DNA of 64,000 nucleotides from Eledone cirrhosa (lineage: Eukaryota): contig OZ024743.1 in the NCBI GenBank assembly GCA_964016885.1, forward strand, positions 71,176,001 to 71,240,000, given 5' to 3'. The position numbers were made by a program, and so were the translations under genes. The notes under the pieces were generated by a model. The model saw only the letters and a program-made list of their open reading frames with translations. It ran no database searches and was not told the DNA's origin. Positions 25,293-38,713 of the stretch are shown here, piece after piece (positions within the stretch are counted from its first letter, which is position 1; the number at the start of each line of letters is the position of its first letter).

Positions 25293-27140
25293 CACACACA
25301 TAAATGTATATATATTTCTGTGTATATATATATATATATATATTACACACACAGAAATGTATATATATTTCTGTGAGTATATATATATATTACACACACA
25401 GAAATGTATATATATTTCTGTGTGTATATATATATATATTTCTGTGTGTGTATATATATATATATTACACACACAGAAATGTATATATATTTCTTAGAAC
25501 AAAATTATTATTAATGTTTTGCTGTTCATAACAATTGGAATTGAAAAATTACTTTTGAAATTATTAGTTATTTTACTAATGCTTAGATATGTAAAAATGA
25601 AGCAATGTTTCTAATAATTGTTTCTACTTTTGGCACAAGGCCAGCAAATACCCAGTACATTACTGGTATTTTATTTTATCGACCCCGTGAGGATGAAAGG
25701 CAAAGTTAACCTCGGCGGTATTTGAACTCAGACCGTAAAGGGACGTAACTCCATGCCATGAAGCATGGTGTCCGACTCTCTACATATTCTGCCAATCCAC
25801 CGCACTAATGTCTGTACGTGATGAGGGAGTGAGAGGGGAGAGAAAGAAAGGCAGAGGTGAAGTGACGAAGTGACTCTCTCCCCCTCCTCCTCCTCCTCCT
25901 CCTCCTCCTCAATCTCCCCATTCGTCACAGCGATAGAGGGGAGGAATGTTAGTGTGTTACAAAGAGAAAGAGTGAGAGCGAGAGAAACAGATAGACTAAA
26001 AGAGAGGGATAGCTGAAGAGAGAGAGAGAGATAGCAACCACGCGCGCACGTGTTTCCACTATCAGACAGACAGACAGAGAAATTGCTGGTTATATATTAT
26101 AAGGAGACTTGAAAGTCAAGAAATGGTGACTGTCGCAAATAACGCCAACAGAGGCAGATTCATTAGAGCCAATAGAATTTTCCCAAAAATAATATGGGCC
26201 GAAGCCGAAAAAAATTTTGTTTGGCAGCTCTAATTGCGCCTTAATTTTATTCAAAAAATTGTATACTAACATATTCGAATACCAGGCACTATTGGAATCA
26301 ACAATAGCAGCGTCCTGAGGGTCATTACAAAACACAAATTCGCGAGAATTAGTGTTTAAGGCTTGGAAGGTGGTAAAAAAATCCACAAAATCTTCCATTC
26401 TTTTAAAAATAAAATTTATTTTTAATAATATTTAAATAACTGGAGGATAGAAAAAAATATTTCTATGAAATTTTAATCATACCATTAGGTGTGAATAAGG
26501 AAATATTTTTTTATTGTCAAAACAAATGTCAAAAGTTAAACTTCAATTTTTTGAATTATTTCCAATTTTTTTATGAAATTGAACACTGGACATTGGCTGC
26601 TGGAAATGGAAATTAAATCGTATTTAATTGTATTTAAATTTCTAACCTTATTTTATTATTTATATTTTTTCAATAAGAAATAAAAAAAAACAACAAAAAA
26701 ATTTGAAGAAAAAAATTGAACAAATCAAACGTAGGTTATGGAACTGCGCAATCTGATTAATAAATTACCTCATCAGCAGCAACCTTCTTCAAATGGTCCT
26801 TATTATCAGCAGCAACAACCACAAATTCAATGGCAACCTTCTTCAAATGGTGTCAAGTCAGAACCGCCTCGAACTGGTTACTTCTGGCTTGTGCAAGGTG
26901 TCTCTATAGCATGGTTGCTATAGAGACACCTTGTGACCAAAGTCAGTGGAGAGGGGAAGGTAATGTTTCTATAGCACGTGTTTTAGCGTCTATTCACTCT
27001 CTCTCTCTCTCTCTATCTCCCTCCCGCTAACCCCCTCTCGTAGTCTGTCTCTTTCTTTCACTCTCACTCTCTCGCTACGCACGTATTTCCACTGTCGGAC
27101 AGACAGACAGAGAAATTGCTGGTTATATATATAAGTAGAT
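24690..27140 (+). mobile_element. Cluster of Helentron/DINE-like elements
   Basis: Hairpin CTAGCAGAAAACC..GGTTTTCTGCTAG at 24690; repeated 3' ends (CAGA)nGAAATTGCTGGTTATATA at ~26070 and ~27105; shared segment 24980-25040 / 26848-26910. Confidence 0.55.
25615..25800 (-). mobile_element. Nin/Deu-domain SINE
   Basis: Reverse complement of the 2315-2488 family. Confidence 0.85.
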
Positions 27141-27191
27141 TATACATATAATTTATATAATATATATACACACATACATATATATATATTT

Positions 27192-27257
<66 letters not shown>

Positions 27258-27259
<2 letters not shown>

Positions 27260-27655
27260 GTGTGCCCCCGACATTTGTGGTCCCTATATTCGAAGTACCG
27301 GTTATTCGCGGAAATTTCCTTACTACTTAAATATCATCCGCGAATTTTTTTATGGCTTTTTTCGTGGCAAATCCCCTCGAGGTTAATTTTGCCTTTCATC
27401 CTTACGGGGTCGATAAAATAAAGTACCAGTAATGTACTGGATAATTGCTGGCCTTGTGCTAAACAATATATATATTTTAATAACAATATACCGTATTTCT
27501 ACTCCCTCTTTTTTAAATACTTCACGTTACATTTTCACGTTTATAGGCATTTTTATCGATCACATCCAATATTGACGGTTTTTCACTCTTCGCGGGTGCT
27601 CTAGGAACGTAACCCCTGTGTATATATATATATATTCACAGGGGGTTACGTTCCT
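27258..27655. mobile_element. Tigger/pogo-like MITE remnant with SINE insert and terminal fold-back
   Basis: ATTCGCGG motifs; hairpin TAGGAACGTAACCCC..GGGGTTACGTTCCTA at 27602-27655. Confidence 0.45.
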
Positions 27656-27669
27656 ATATATATATATAT

Positions 27670-28700
27670 ACTAGCAGAGGTACCCGGCGTTGCTCGGGTA
27701 TTAAATAGTAGTTGTGTATACCATTTATGTCAATATTTCAGTGCTACTTCGAAAACTATACGTTTACAAAATCATCGGCTTTTTCCAAAAGAGGGTTCCT
27801 GTCTCCAGGGGTCCCCTACTCAATAAGTGCCAATTCTGAGAGTTCACATTCATCTGTAGGACAAACGTAGCCCATCTGTCAAGTTTTGTGAAAATCGGTT
27901 GCGAACTCCTTGACGTTTTGTTGCATTAAACTGCAGTTCTTCAGTCGACTCCAAGGAAGTGGTTAAAGGGGGTTATCTGCCGGGAGGCCCTATAATCAAT
28001 ATCTGTAAAAATGAAAGTGCCCATGACTATCCGGAGTACATCAGTAACCTATGTCTTAAGTTTGGTGAAAATACTGTAGAAATGCATAAGGTTTATACAC
28101 GCGCGCGCGCGCTCGTGTGTGTGTGTGTGGGGGGGGGGGGGGGTGTATGTATTTGTGTGTGCGTATGTATGTGTATGTCCGTCGGGGCATACGTATGTAC
28201 TGGCCTAAATCTTCACTATTTACTTTTACTATTTTAATAACCTCTGTCATTTTCGTTTTCAATTTTATTTACATCATTCTTAAACTCCGGGGCTGGAAAT
28301 CATTCTGTTATGTTAAATAGAATATTAGTCTAACGACTCCATTTATACCATAAACTTGGTCTTGTCTTTGCATGAAATTGTTCTTCTCGCTCCACATAAC
28401 GACGTATTATCCTCGCTTTTTTTCCGTTCATTGCCAGGGAACGTCTTCACGAACCAAAATATCGTCTTCCTGTTTTCCTGCCGTTGGAACGTTTCTCGAA
28501 ATATTGACTTCTGCGTTCACAGATTACTCTCAGTTCAATTTGAATGGGAAATTCCTGTTTCATCGATTTTCTCCGTAACCTCGGGTCATTCTGCATAACT
28601 GTGTAAATTTTCGCTGCATTCCACCAAGCTATTTCGACGTTTATCCGACTACACCTACTTACTTAAATATACAACGTCCGACCACTTCCAATTTATATAG
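27670..28700 (+). mobile_element. Helentron/DINE-like non-autonomous element
   Basis: Start ACTAGCAGAGGTACCCGGCGTTGCTCGGG; AAGTTT..GAAAATCGG motifs; end TTTATATAGTATA. Confidence 0.6.
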
Positions 28701-28929
28701 TATATATATATATATATTGAAAGTATGTTAACTTATTGTAAGCTGCTACAAGGCAGGTGTGTATGCAGCTGGGCATAAAACCCCCTGAAGATGGTAAAGA
28801 CAGTGGAGGGATTTGTCAGTAGGAATCGAATCCAATAGTGCCGTATATTGGAAATCTATGTTACTATTACATCAAAGCAAGATCAACTCCTTACCCGTCA
28901 TCTTATCCTCTATCAACCAATGAAGGCAT

Positions 28930-29065
28930 GAATTTGACAGAGTCGTTATAGAATGCTCTGCAGTATTCGTTTCGGTTCTCTGCTCTCTGATTTCAAATCC
29001 CACCGAGGTCAACTTTGCCTTTCATCCTTTCGAGGTCGATAAAAAAATACCAGTATAGTACTGGT
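28930..29065 (+). mobile_element. Nin/Deu-domain SINE (second subfamily)
   Basis: TTCAAATCCCACCGAGGTCAACTTTGCCTTTCATCCTTTCGAGGTCGATAAA; similar copy 57515-57650. Confidence 0.8.
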
Positions 29066-29283
29066 TTCTCTTTCCCACACTTCTTTCTCTGTCTTCCTTT
29101 CTTTACTTCTCTGGAAGAAATTGGTTGTGTTTAGACATTGTGAGGAGTTGGGCTCCACCTAGGACACATTGTATGTCCGTAAGGCGACCCAATGACTTCA
29201 TCACGAGTTACATGTCCATACCTACATGCTCACACATACACACATACACGCACACACTGGCACGCACGCACACACACACACGC

Positions 29284-29314
<31 letters not shown>

Positions 29315-29369
29315 GGTACTACCATCGAGAAGATTTTCACATATCCTTTTAGCATTAAATTACTGGTGT

Positions 29370-29525
29370 GTGACGGATAATATTCTGGCCGAGCTCTTCC
29401 GTAAAATCGGATCGTCAGCTGCCCGTCAGAGGAAGGAACCATGCGAGGTGGGGTAGCTTTTGCAGCGAGTGTCTTTGGCCATTGCTGCGGAAATGCTTTG
29501 GCAATTTTGCCAGTTGCGTAACCTA
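29370..29525 (+). mobile_element. Divergent CRE-clade 3' fragment
   Basis: ELFRKIG..AARQRKEPCE..LQRVSLAI..GNA. Confidence 0.6.
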
Positions 29526-29949
29526 AACGCCCCAGGTATAGAGCCTATCATCCTTTCCCCATTTTCTTCTATCGCCTCATAGTCCTTGCTTTCTCCCTTC
29601 GTTTCCTCTCATTTATGGCATTTATAGTTCTTTCTCCTACTTTCCTATACAGCCAGATCTGCCCTTCTCCCCCCACCCCCTGTTCATTGCTTGGTTTTGT
29701 CTTTTTTTTCTTTTTCCTCCATATTTCCACCAATATTTGTGATGTTATATATACAACTGTGAATTAGCCGTGTGTTTCCTGGTTTAATGAAACCAAACCT
29801 CTCAAGTTGGCTTCTCAGATAATTACTTAAGTAACAGAATGCGCAATAATCTCTGCTACTAATCTTAAGCCTGAGCCAGATTGCAGCCTCGACAGATTTT
29901 CTCATTAGTCCACTTTACATACTGTCTTTTGTTTCTTTCTTTGTATGTA

Positions 29950-30510
29950 TGTCGGGTCGTTGTCGTTGGCGACTAAACTGGCAACCCCACCAAGGTTTTT
30001 TGGAGAGGAGGCTGACTTTGGACATTCTGCAGGACTAAAAACAAAACCTGTCAAAAGGCAAAGGAGCTCTTAAGAGTCAATGGCCATCCAAAATCACCGG
30101 GAGAGATGACCCCTTAGCCTTTGTCAAGGCAGAATTCTAGGAGAAGGAAAACTCTGATATAACACCTGCAACCCTGATGGTATCAAATGATGTTGACTTG
30201 TTCTTCTTTTTGGTCAATATCATCTTGGTTAAGAGAGTGGGACTGGCTTTGTGCAGTGCCTTTGCTCACTATAAAAGCTTCACGGCACAGGCATTGCTTT
30301 ATATCTGGAGATATAAAGCAATGCACTTTTCGTCACATAGTACCATGGGCCCAGCACTATGTGTCAATAATTGTCACAAGTCTAGTGTTTGTACCCGAGT
30401 TTTCAAGTCGCTGGCTGGACTAAAAAGTCACTCGTTCAGCGTATCGGTAGGAGTTCTCCTACATGGATATAAAGTAGTGGCCGTACTCGAAAACGAGTTG
30501 GCAGCCACCA
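29950..30510 (+). mobile_element. Non-autonomous RTE-related retroposon with (ATGT)n tail
   Basis: Shares blocks with 34555-34902 (same 3' end GGCAGCCA.CATGT) and 47366-47690. Confidence 0.55.
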
Positions 30511-30836
30511 TGTATGTATGTATGTATGTATGTATGTATGTATGTATGTATGTATGTGTATATATGCATGTATGCATGTATGTATGCATGTATGTATGCA
30601 TGTTCTTCTGGTTTTATAATTTCACAAATGTTTGCCAATAGAGAGAGAGAGTCGGTTTCTAACACAGTTACAAGACTCTCTCATTGGAATTCACACATCA
30701 ACTAGGTAGATATGTCTGCATGTCTGCATGCATGCATGTGTAGATATGGATGTTATTGTATGTGTAGATGTGTATGTTGGAGTTGTACACGTGCATGTGA
30801 ATATGTTTTGTATCTGTACATGTGTATATGCAGTTA

Positions 30837-33800
30837 TTAGATGTAAAATCTTTGGAATGTTTTATATATTTTTACTGTTCCATTAATGGATTGTACTTGT
30901 AATTTCCTAACTAGTTGTGTTCTTTCTGTTTCTGTGAAGCCTAGCTTCTCAAGATTTGAATTGAGGCAGTTACTAACACACCCCAGTGCCCCAATAATCA
31001 CAGGCATAAATCTGAAGGTGTAGTCAGGGTGGAGTATCTGTAGATTTCTCATTAGTTCTGCATAAATATTATCCTTTTCGCTAATCTTTAATATTACATT
31101 GGCATCTGCTGGGCAGCTAACTTCCACTACTGTGCATGCCTTCTTTTCCCTGTCCCATATCATTATATCTGGTCTGTTATGCCTGCATTTTATTGGGTTT
31201 TTACCGGAACATTCCACCAGTACTCTTTCATATTATGTATATGTATAGCTTCCACATTGCTGTAGCTTTTAATGTGTTTATTATCAGGGCTATCTTTTCT
31301 ATGGCTTGCATTGTACAGTGTCTTGGCCACTACATCATGCCTCAAAGGTAGATAGTACCGCGATGACATCTTTGGACAGCAGCTTATGGCATGTGTGACA
31401 TCTTCGATGTTAATCCTACAGAGTCTGCACTTGTTATCACATCTAGGTGTTTTACTTGCATCCCTATCTCTTTTGTGAATCAGGTATTTCGTGTTGATTT
31501 CCTGTTCTTGGATTGTAAAAGCGTATCCTTCAAAGTGGGAGCCAATCTAGCGGTTGTTGGTCCAAGATAGACTACTTTCCTTATCTATATTACTCCCACT
31601 CTGGAGCTTCCTGGCAACATATCCATGCATAATGTTTTGTTGATAAGCATGCAGTTTTTCATCCATGGATTCACTGCGGTACTGCTGGGCAACTTCCCTG
31701 GGTGTAAGCTTTTGATTATCACGCAGGGAATATCTTTCAAGGAGTTCCTTCCCAACTCTCATGATCTTACCTGTCTCATGTAGACAGACTTGCTCAATAG
31801 ACGGGCTTCTATGCTTCGAGGTTCGTAAATGTTGTCGTATGGATATGATGCGACATTCAAATGCTGTCTGGACTGATGTTAGACCTCTGCCTCCCTGCTT
31901 ACGTTTCGAGTAAAGGCGGTCTATGTCACTGTTGATGTGGAAGTCTCCGGTGTTGTTTAGTATTTTTAGAGTCCTAGCATCAATTGCTCGGATTTCGTCT
32001 ATCATCCAATTGAGTATTCTAAACATTGGTGTTAGGACAGGCACAGCAAACACATTGTGAGCCACTGTTTTGTTGTGCACAGAGAGTTCCGATAACCATA
32101 TTTTTCTTAATCGGGTGTAGTATTCCCTGGTTACGCGTTCTTTATTACAGATACCATTATAGGATATGTTCTCATCTATCCCCAGGTATCTGTAGCAGTC
32201 CTCATCAGATATCGGTGAAAGAGTTAGACCATTGATGACAATATTGCTAGATTGGGTTGTAGTTTTTCCTCGCTTTACGCCATTCCTATAACCTTTGAGA
32301 ATGTTGTAAGCAGATCAAGATTTTTCTTCATCCCATCTATGTCCTTGGCATAGAGTTTCAGATCATCCACAAAGAAATTATGGGGGTTAAGTTCGTATTT
32401 CTGTCCTCCTGTGAGCCAATGATGTATGCTTCACATTTCTTGAGCAGAAAGGACAAGGGTTTTAATGACAGGATAAATAATATCCGAAAGAGACTGTCTC
32501 CTCTAAATATACCTCTGTGATATTCTATTTTATCAGTGAAAATAGAGGCCACCTTCTCTGTTTTTAACTTTAGGATAGTAGCCCAAGAAGAAGACAGCTT
32601 CTCTATGGCTCTGATAATAATGTCTGGGACTTTAGCAAGTCGGAGGGCTTTTATTATCCAAGAGTGGGGAACAGAATCGAAAGCTTTCCTGTAGTCCAGC
32701 CAGACTGTAGCCATATTCCTCCTAAGTTGTCGCACTTCTGACATCGCAGTTTTGTTGATTAGGAGTTGTTCTGCCCCCCATACCTTTCTTTCCAGCTGCT
32801 TGTTCATCTGTGATGATGTTATTATTTTCACAGTGATCTTGGAGAAATAGGTTCAGGCAGGCTGTATACATTTTATACATCATTTCTGGCATGCAACGGG
32901 TCGGTAGTTTTTTGCCAGGTGGGTGTCTTTGTTCTTGGGGACCAGTAATGTTTGTGTTAATGTCAACCATTCTGGTATATGTGTATCTCCCTTAAGAACT
33001 TGTTGGTAGAGGTCAGTAAGATACCTCCGATAGAATATCAGTTTTTTGTACCAGTAGCCGACAATCCTGTCTCTTCCTGGTAGTCTCAAGGGTAATCTCC
33101 TTGTTGGTAAGGAGTGGTGTTTTTGTGTTAGTTTGCATGTAAGGAGCATTGTCACATATCCTATAGTTTTTCGTAGGTCAGCAATCTTTTTTTCTATTTT
33201 AGTTACATATGATGGTATTTTTGGTGGTGTTCTGTTCTTGTTATTATCTCTGCTATCACCAAGATAATGCTTCACTGTCATTGCTAAGGCATATAAACAG
33301 GCGTTGATTTGCCAAAATGTTGGGGTTTTAATCCGTCGTAAATATTCATCCCCTATTTCGTCAATAACACGTAATATTTCATTATTTGGTTTTTATTTAG
33401 TATTGTTGTTTTAATACGTTCAGCAAGAGAAATGTTTATACATGAATTAATTTCTCTCTGGAAGATTTCGTTGAGGAAAATTTTCAATTGTTTATACTTT
33501 TGATTATTATCATTATCGATAGTATTTTCCACAATAGTCGAGGTAGACTCGGATGGTACACGTGGTGTCAAATTTCTTCGATTATTATTATGATCGATAG
33601 TGTTTTTCCCAGAATTCGAGGTAGACTCGCATGGTACACGTGGTGTCAAATTTCTTAGATTATTATCATTTCTTCGGTGGATTGGCAGTATCGGTAGAGG
33701 GTCGGACGCCAAGCTTTGCAGCAAAAGAGTTACGGCTCTTTATGGTCTGAGTTCAAATCCTGCCGAGGTTAACTTTGCCTTTCATCCTTACGGAGTCGAT

Positions 33801-34420
33801 AAAATAAAGTACCAGTAATACACTGAGATAATTGCTGGCCTTGTGCCAAAAGTAGTAAGAATTATTTCTTCGATTATTATTATTATCGATAGTGTTTTCC
33901 ACAACAGTCGAGGTAGACTCAGATGGTGCCAAATTTCTTCCCGTCATAGTTGTTTGAAGGCGCTGTTCGACCTGGCTGCTAGGAAGTCTAGTAGCATGGT
34001 GACCTGTAGCACGTGTTGCTGATTTCATGTTTGTTCTGGGAGACTTACAATTATTTATATTTATCTTATTTTTACGTTCAACAAATGTCACTTGTTGGCG
34101 TAATAGTTTGGCTGTGAAGTGATTTAGCTTTGGATGTATTTCGTCCCAGTCTAACTTCATTCTGTTCATATAGCCAACGGAGGGATTTTTTTTTGTCATT
34201 TTAAAACAATTAAATGAATCATCATTAAGTTCGCAACTTAGGTCTCGTTGTTGTTTTTCTTCGGTACTTCATTAATGTTGTTGTCGTTGATGTTGTGTTC
34301 AGCCATGCTATTTGTAGCAAATCCTTGTAAAATGAATTATGTATCTAGTCGGATATCTCTATGAATTCGAATAAAAGGTGTCTTCAGTGGATATATTTAG
34401 ATGAATAACCAGTTATTCAA
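30837..34420 (-). mobile_element. R4/Dong-clade LINE (RT + restriction-like endonuclease), frameshifted
   Basis: NYRPVAC, WLDYRKAFDSVPHSWI, RGIFRGDSL, FVDDLKLYA, RLY..RKQGGRGL, HNRPDIMIWD..VEVSCP..PVIIGALG. Confidence 0.9.
33676..33858 (+). mobile_element. Nin/Deu-domain SINE inserted in the R4 element
   Basis: Full head GGTGGATTGGCAGTATCGGTAG; flanked by duplicated ATTTCTTCG. Confidence 0.88.
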
Positions 34421-34554
34421 CATGCCTGGTAATTGTGGCATTACTGTCGGAGATAGTATTCATCTTATATATGTATGCATGTATGCATGTATGTATGTAT
34501 ATATGTATGTATGTATGTATGTATGTACATGTATGCATGTGTATGTATATGCGA

Positions 34555-34902
34555 GGGGACATAGAAATAATCGGGCTGGATACCCGGTCACGCGGATAAA
34601 CCACTGGGAGTGAAGGACCCCTAGCCTTTGTCAGGGCATTCTTCTAGTAGAAGGCAACTCAGGAAACTGGGATAACTCCGACATAAAACCTGCGGCTCAG
34701 TAGTTACCGATGATGTTGATCTTTTCTTCTTTTCGGATTATAGCTACTGTCTCTCAGAGAGTGGGATTGGCTCAGTGCACAGTCTTTCCTCACTTTAAAA
34801 AGAATCTTCACGAACAGGCATTGCACGATGGCATTAATTAATAATTATTAATAATGTTATATCGTGCAATGGCCATACTCGATAACGAGGGGGCAGCCAT
34901 CA
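34555..34902 (+). mobile_element. Non-autonomous RTE-related retroposon (second copy)
   Basis: Similar to 30100-30300 and 30476-30510. Confidence 0.55.
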
Positions 34903-35067
34903 TGTGTGTATGTATGTATGTATATATGTATGTATATTTGAATGTATTCATGTGTGTATGTGACATTTCCATTAATTACTGAATGGCAATGTAAATAAAG
35001 AAATATATTTATCGGTGAAATTAATAAACAATAGTAGTCTAAATATTATGATACACACTCACATACA

Positions 35068-35126
<59 letters not shown>

Positions 35127-35333
35127 TTTTTTCCGTTGTGTTGTAATATAAATATTACACACAGTAGATTATCAGCTCACGTAGAGTTTGCTCGACGGTT
35201 CCAGTTGTAGTTCCAAAAGTAATCCGGAGAAAAATAGAAAGATTTGAATGGATACAGTTTAGTTGAAAGGAATTTATTGACACGTGTTTCTATAACAGTT
35301 ACATAACCTAAAACAGCTATCTACAAACTTTTA

Positions 35334-35392
35334 GTTATGCAGACATTCAATATTTCAATGTTATTGTTTACTGTCATTTCATCAGAATAATA
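35334..35392 (-). ncRNA. Hammerhead motif in the sense pLTR (weak stem I)
   Basis: Reverse complement of 38561-38619. Confidence 0.6.
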
Positions 35393-35980
35393 TTACTGAG
35401 GACCTATTTAGTTTTTATAGAGAATATTAGGAGGACGGGGTGAAGTTGTTAGAAGAATAGTTGAAGGAGTGGTTTTTCGATAGCAGTGAGAATTCTTGGT
35501 GGCAGTGATTAATTAGATTCCCATCTGTTGTTTTGACATTTTTTATAGAATATATTATTGGTTATTTTTCTAAATCTATAGAAGGATTAGAGATAGTAAA
35601 GATATGCGTGGTTGGTTTTGTGTTTGCACTTAACATTCAGACTTAAATTTTTCTTTCAAGTGTACGTATTCTTTCACCCACGCATTCACACACAAATATA
35701 TTTGCACACCTCTACAAAATACATATACTCACAATTCACATATTCATACTTACATATATATACACATGCATACACATATATATACACACATGTATTCATG
35801 TACATACATACGCGCTCATGTGTATACATTTTCATACTCAACTTATCTTTATATATACACACGTATAGACACACACATATATACATACATACTCTAGTCC
35901 ATGTGTACACACATACACATACATACACATCCATATACACATACATACATACACATATATATATACATATATACATATAC

Positions 35981-36011
<31 letters not shown>

Positions 36012-36034
36012 CACATACATATATACACACATAT

Positions 36035-36067
<33 letters not shown>

Positions 36068-36336
36068 AGCACTTTAATACATGAATACACTTACATCTAA
36101 CTATACACATCAAACATATATATATATTTACTTATTTATATACATTTTCACATATATATACATACTTATGGACGTTTTTAGACACATTCATTATCGCATA
36201 TTTGTACCTATTCTCATCAGCATATCTTTTCATTATTAGTATGGTAATTTAAGGTTATTAATATATGTTGAAAAGAGATTGTTTTTATATTTTTCTAACT
36301 AGATTAAGGTTTATATAGTTGGGGGATGTCCCTCTT

Positions 36337-37872
36337 TTATGTAATATTCGGCTTGTAGTGGGAAAAAAGGGTTTTAGTTCTGTGACGGCAGAATAATGTT
36401 CGTTCAATTCTGTTATTCAGCAGTTTCTTCTTGTGTGTGATTATGTAATAAATCTCAAGATTACACAATTTGCAGAAATTTTGGCTCCTGGAAAAGCTTT
36501 GGGTTTTAGCTAATTTTTCCCATTTTAGGGTAAACTTTTGATTGCTATCCCTGAGCGTCCAAGCTTTCTCTGCTAAAGTTGTTACATTTCTTTGGCTCTG
36601 GTGTTTTATTGAGTAAGAATGCCTATACAATCGAGATTTAAACGATGTTGCCGTTGATCCCACGTAATACCACTCGTTGCCTCCGGATTTAATGGTACAC
36701 TTATAAATAATATTTTTTTCCCGGCAGTTATTGCCGAGGGGGCAGTTGTCAGGATAGGTGCAGTTACAGTTGTGTACGTTGGGTTTTCTCTGGAGTAGTA
36801 TTGCGGACGAACTTAGGTGTGGTTTATTTATGTTCTGTAGTGTATTGTCTACTGTTTTTTTGGGGTTCTTTGTACTTAAGTTCTTAGTGTTTTCGTTTAA
36901 CCTTCTAGTATTGATCTTTTTTATGTGTTGTTCAAGGTTTAACGCTGTAGAGTATGGCAGTCTTATAGTGGTAGGGTTTAGGATTTTGTGGTATTTGTGT
37001 GATGTGGGAAAATGTCTTTTAATTATTTTAAAGAAGAGTACTGGTAAATTTGTACTAATGGAGCTATTGTATTCGGGGTTATACCATAAGTACTCTTTGC
37101 ATCGCTTTCTATTAGTTTTGTTTGTTGGTTTACTGGTGTGCATACTATGGTAGTAAGTGTGGTTTGGTGTTGTGTTATTATATCTACCTATGTGGGATTT
37201 ATTTTGGGTGTTTTGATTGTTCCCATCTATGTACTCTATTTTGTTGAGGTAGCCTGCTTTACTAAGGGCGTTATCGTAGTACTCGGCGTGTTCCTTAAAT
37301 ACTTGTATGTTAGAAGATAGACCCGAGATTCTAAGGGAAATATTTTTAGGGATAGATTTAATTATAGAGATGGGGTGGTTAGACCCAACATTTACGTATT
37401 TGAGATTTTCATTCAATTTATGAAACGGTTTAATCAAACCAGAGTTTAAATTGAGTGTGACATCCAGGAAGTTAACTACTTTAAGGTTGTATTCATATGT
37501 TATAGTTAGTCCTATTTCGAGTAGTAGTTTTCTTATATCTTTGCGTAGTTTTTCTAGTTTTTGGTTATTAAGGTTTTTAGCTAGGAGGAGAACATCGTCG
37601 CGGTATATTCCGCCGTGGAGATTGCTGAATTTTTCCTGGAGTCTAAAGGCGATAAATAACCCCACAATATCAGTTATTTCCGCCGAATCGTTAGAGCCCA
37701 TTGTTATGTCAAAGTTAGAGGGTCTATCTTTACGTACCCAATAACTGTTCTCAAATTTGACTATCGTTTTCCTAGCTAAAAACGTCCATATGTATATATA
37801 TGTGAAAATGTATATAAATAAGTAAATATATATATATGTTTGATGTGTATAGTTAGATGTAAGTGTATTCAT
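36337..37872 (-). CDS. PLE RT C-terminal half + CxCx5C zinc finger + GIY-YIG endonuclease (5'-truncated)
   Basis: FDITMGS.D.AE, GIYRDD, NFLDVTL, CNCTYPDNCPL, IIYK..YYVG..FKSR, CKLC..E, CRH; first ~32 aa come from the inverted arm. Confidence 0.92.
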   Translation of the reverse strand: MNTLTSNYTHQTYIYIYLFIYIFTYIYIWTFLARKTIVKFENSYWVRKDRPSNFDITMGSNDSAEITDIVGLFIAFRLQEKFSNLHGGIYRDDVLLLAKNLNNQKLEKLRKDIRKLLLEIGLTITYEYNLKVVNFLDVTLNLNSGLIKPFHKLNENLKYVNVGSNHPISIIKSIPKNISLRISGLSSNIQVFKEHAEYYDNALSKAGYLNKIEYIDGNNQNTQNKSHIGRYNNTTPNHTYYHSMHTSKPTNKTNRKRCKEYLWYNPEYNSSISTNLPVLFFKIIKRHFPTSHKYHKILNPTTIRLPYSTALNLEQHIKKINTRRLNENTKNLSTKNPKKTVDNTLQNINKPHLSSSAILLQRKPNVHNCNCTYPDNCPLGNNCREKNIIYKCTIKSGGNEWYYVGSTATSFKSRLYRHSYSIKHQSQRNVTTLAEKAWTLRDSNQKFTLKWEKLAKTQSFSRSQNFCKLCNLEIYYIITHKKKLLNNRIERTLFCRHRTKTLFSHYKPNIT

Positions 37873-37885
37873 GTATTAAAGTGCT

Positions 37886-37918
<33 letters not shown>

Positions 37919-37941
37919 ATATGTGTGTATATATGTATGTG

Positions 37942-37972
<31 letters not shown>

Positions 37973-38560
37973 GTATATGTATATATGTATATATATATGT
38001 GTATGTATGTATGTGTATATGGATGTGTATGTATGTGTATGTGTGTACACATGGACTAGAGTATGTATGTATATATGTGTGTGTCTATACGTGTGTATAT
38101 ATAAAGATAAGTTGAGTATGAAAATGTATACACATGAGCGCGTATGTATGTACATGAATACATGTGTGTATATATATGTGTATGCATGTGTATATATATG
38201 TAAGTATGAATATGTGAATTGTGAGTATATGTATTTTGTAGAGGTGTGCAAATATATTTGTGTGTGAATGCGTGGGTGAAAGAATACGTACACTTGAAAG
38301 AAAAATTTAAGTCTGAATGTTAAGTGCAAACACAAAACCAACCACGCATATCTTTACTATCTCTAATCCTTCTATAGATTTAGAAAAATAACCAATAATA
38401 TATTCTATAAAAAATGTCAAAACAACAGATGGGAATCTAATTAATCACTGCCACCAAGAATTCTCACTGCTATCGAAAAACCACTCCTTCAACTATTCTT
38501 CTAACAACTTCACCCCGTCCTCCTAATATTCTCTATAAAAACTAAATAGGTCCTCAGTAA

Positions 38561-38619
38561 TATTATTCTGATGAAATGACAGTAAACAATAACATTGAAA
38601 TATTGAATGTCTGCATAAC
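38561..38619 (+). ncRNA. Hammerhead motif in the inverted pLTR (weak stem I)
   Basis: CTGATGA AATG..CATT GAAA TATTGAAT GTC; intact core, stem I imperfect. Confidence 0.6.
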
Positions 38620-38713
38620 TAAAAGTTTGTAGATAGCTGTTTTAGGTTATGTAACTGTTATAGAAACACGTGTCAATAAATTCCTTTCAACTAAACTGTA
38701 TCCATTCAAATCT

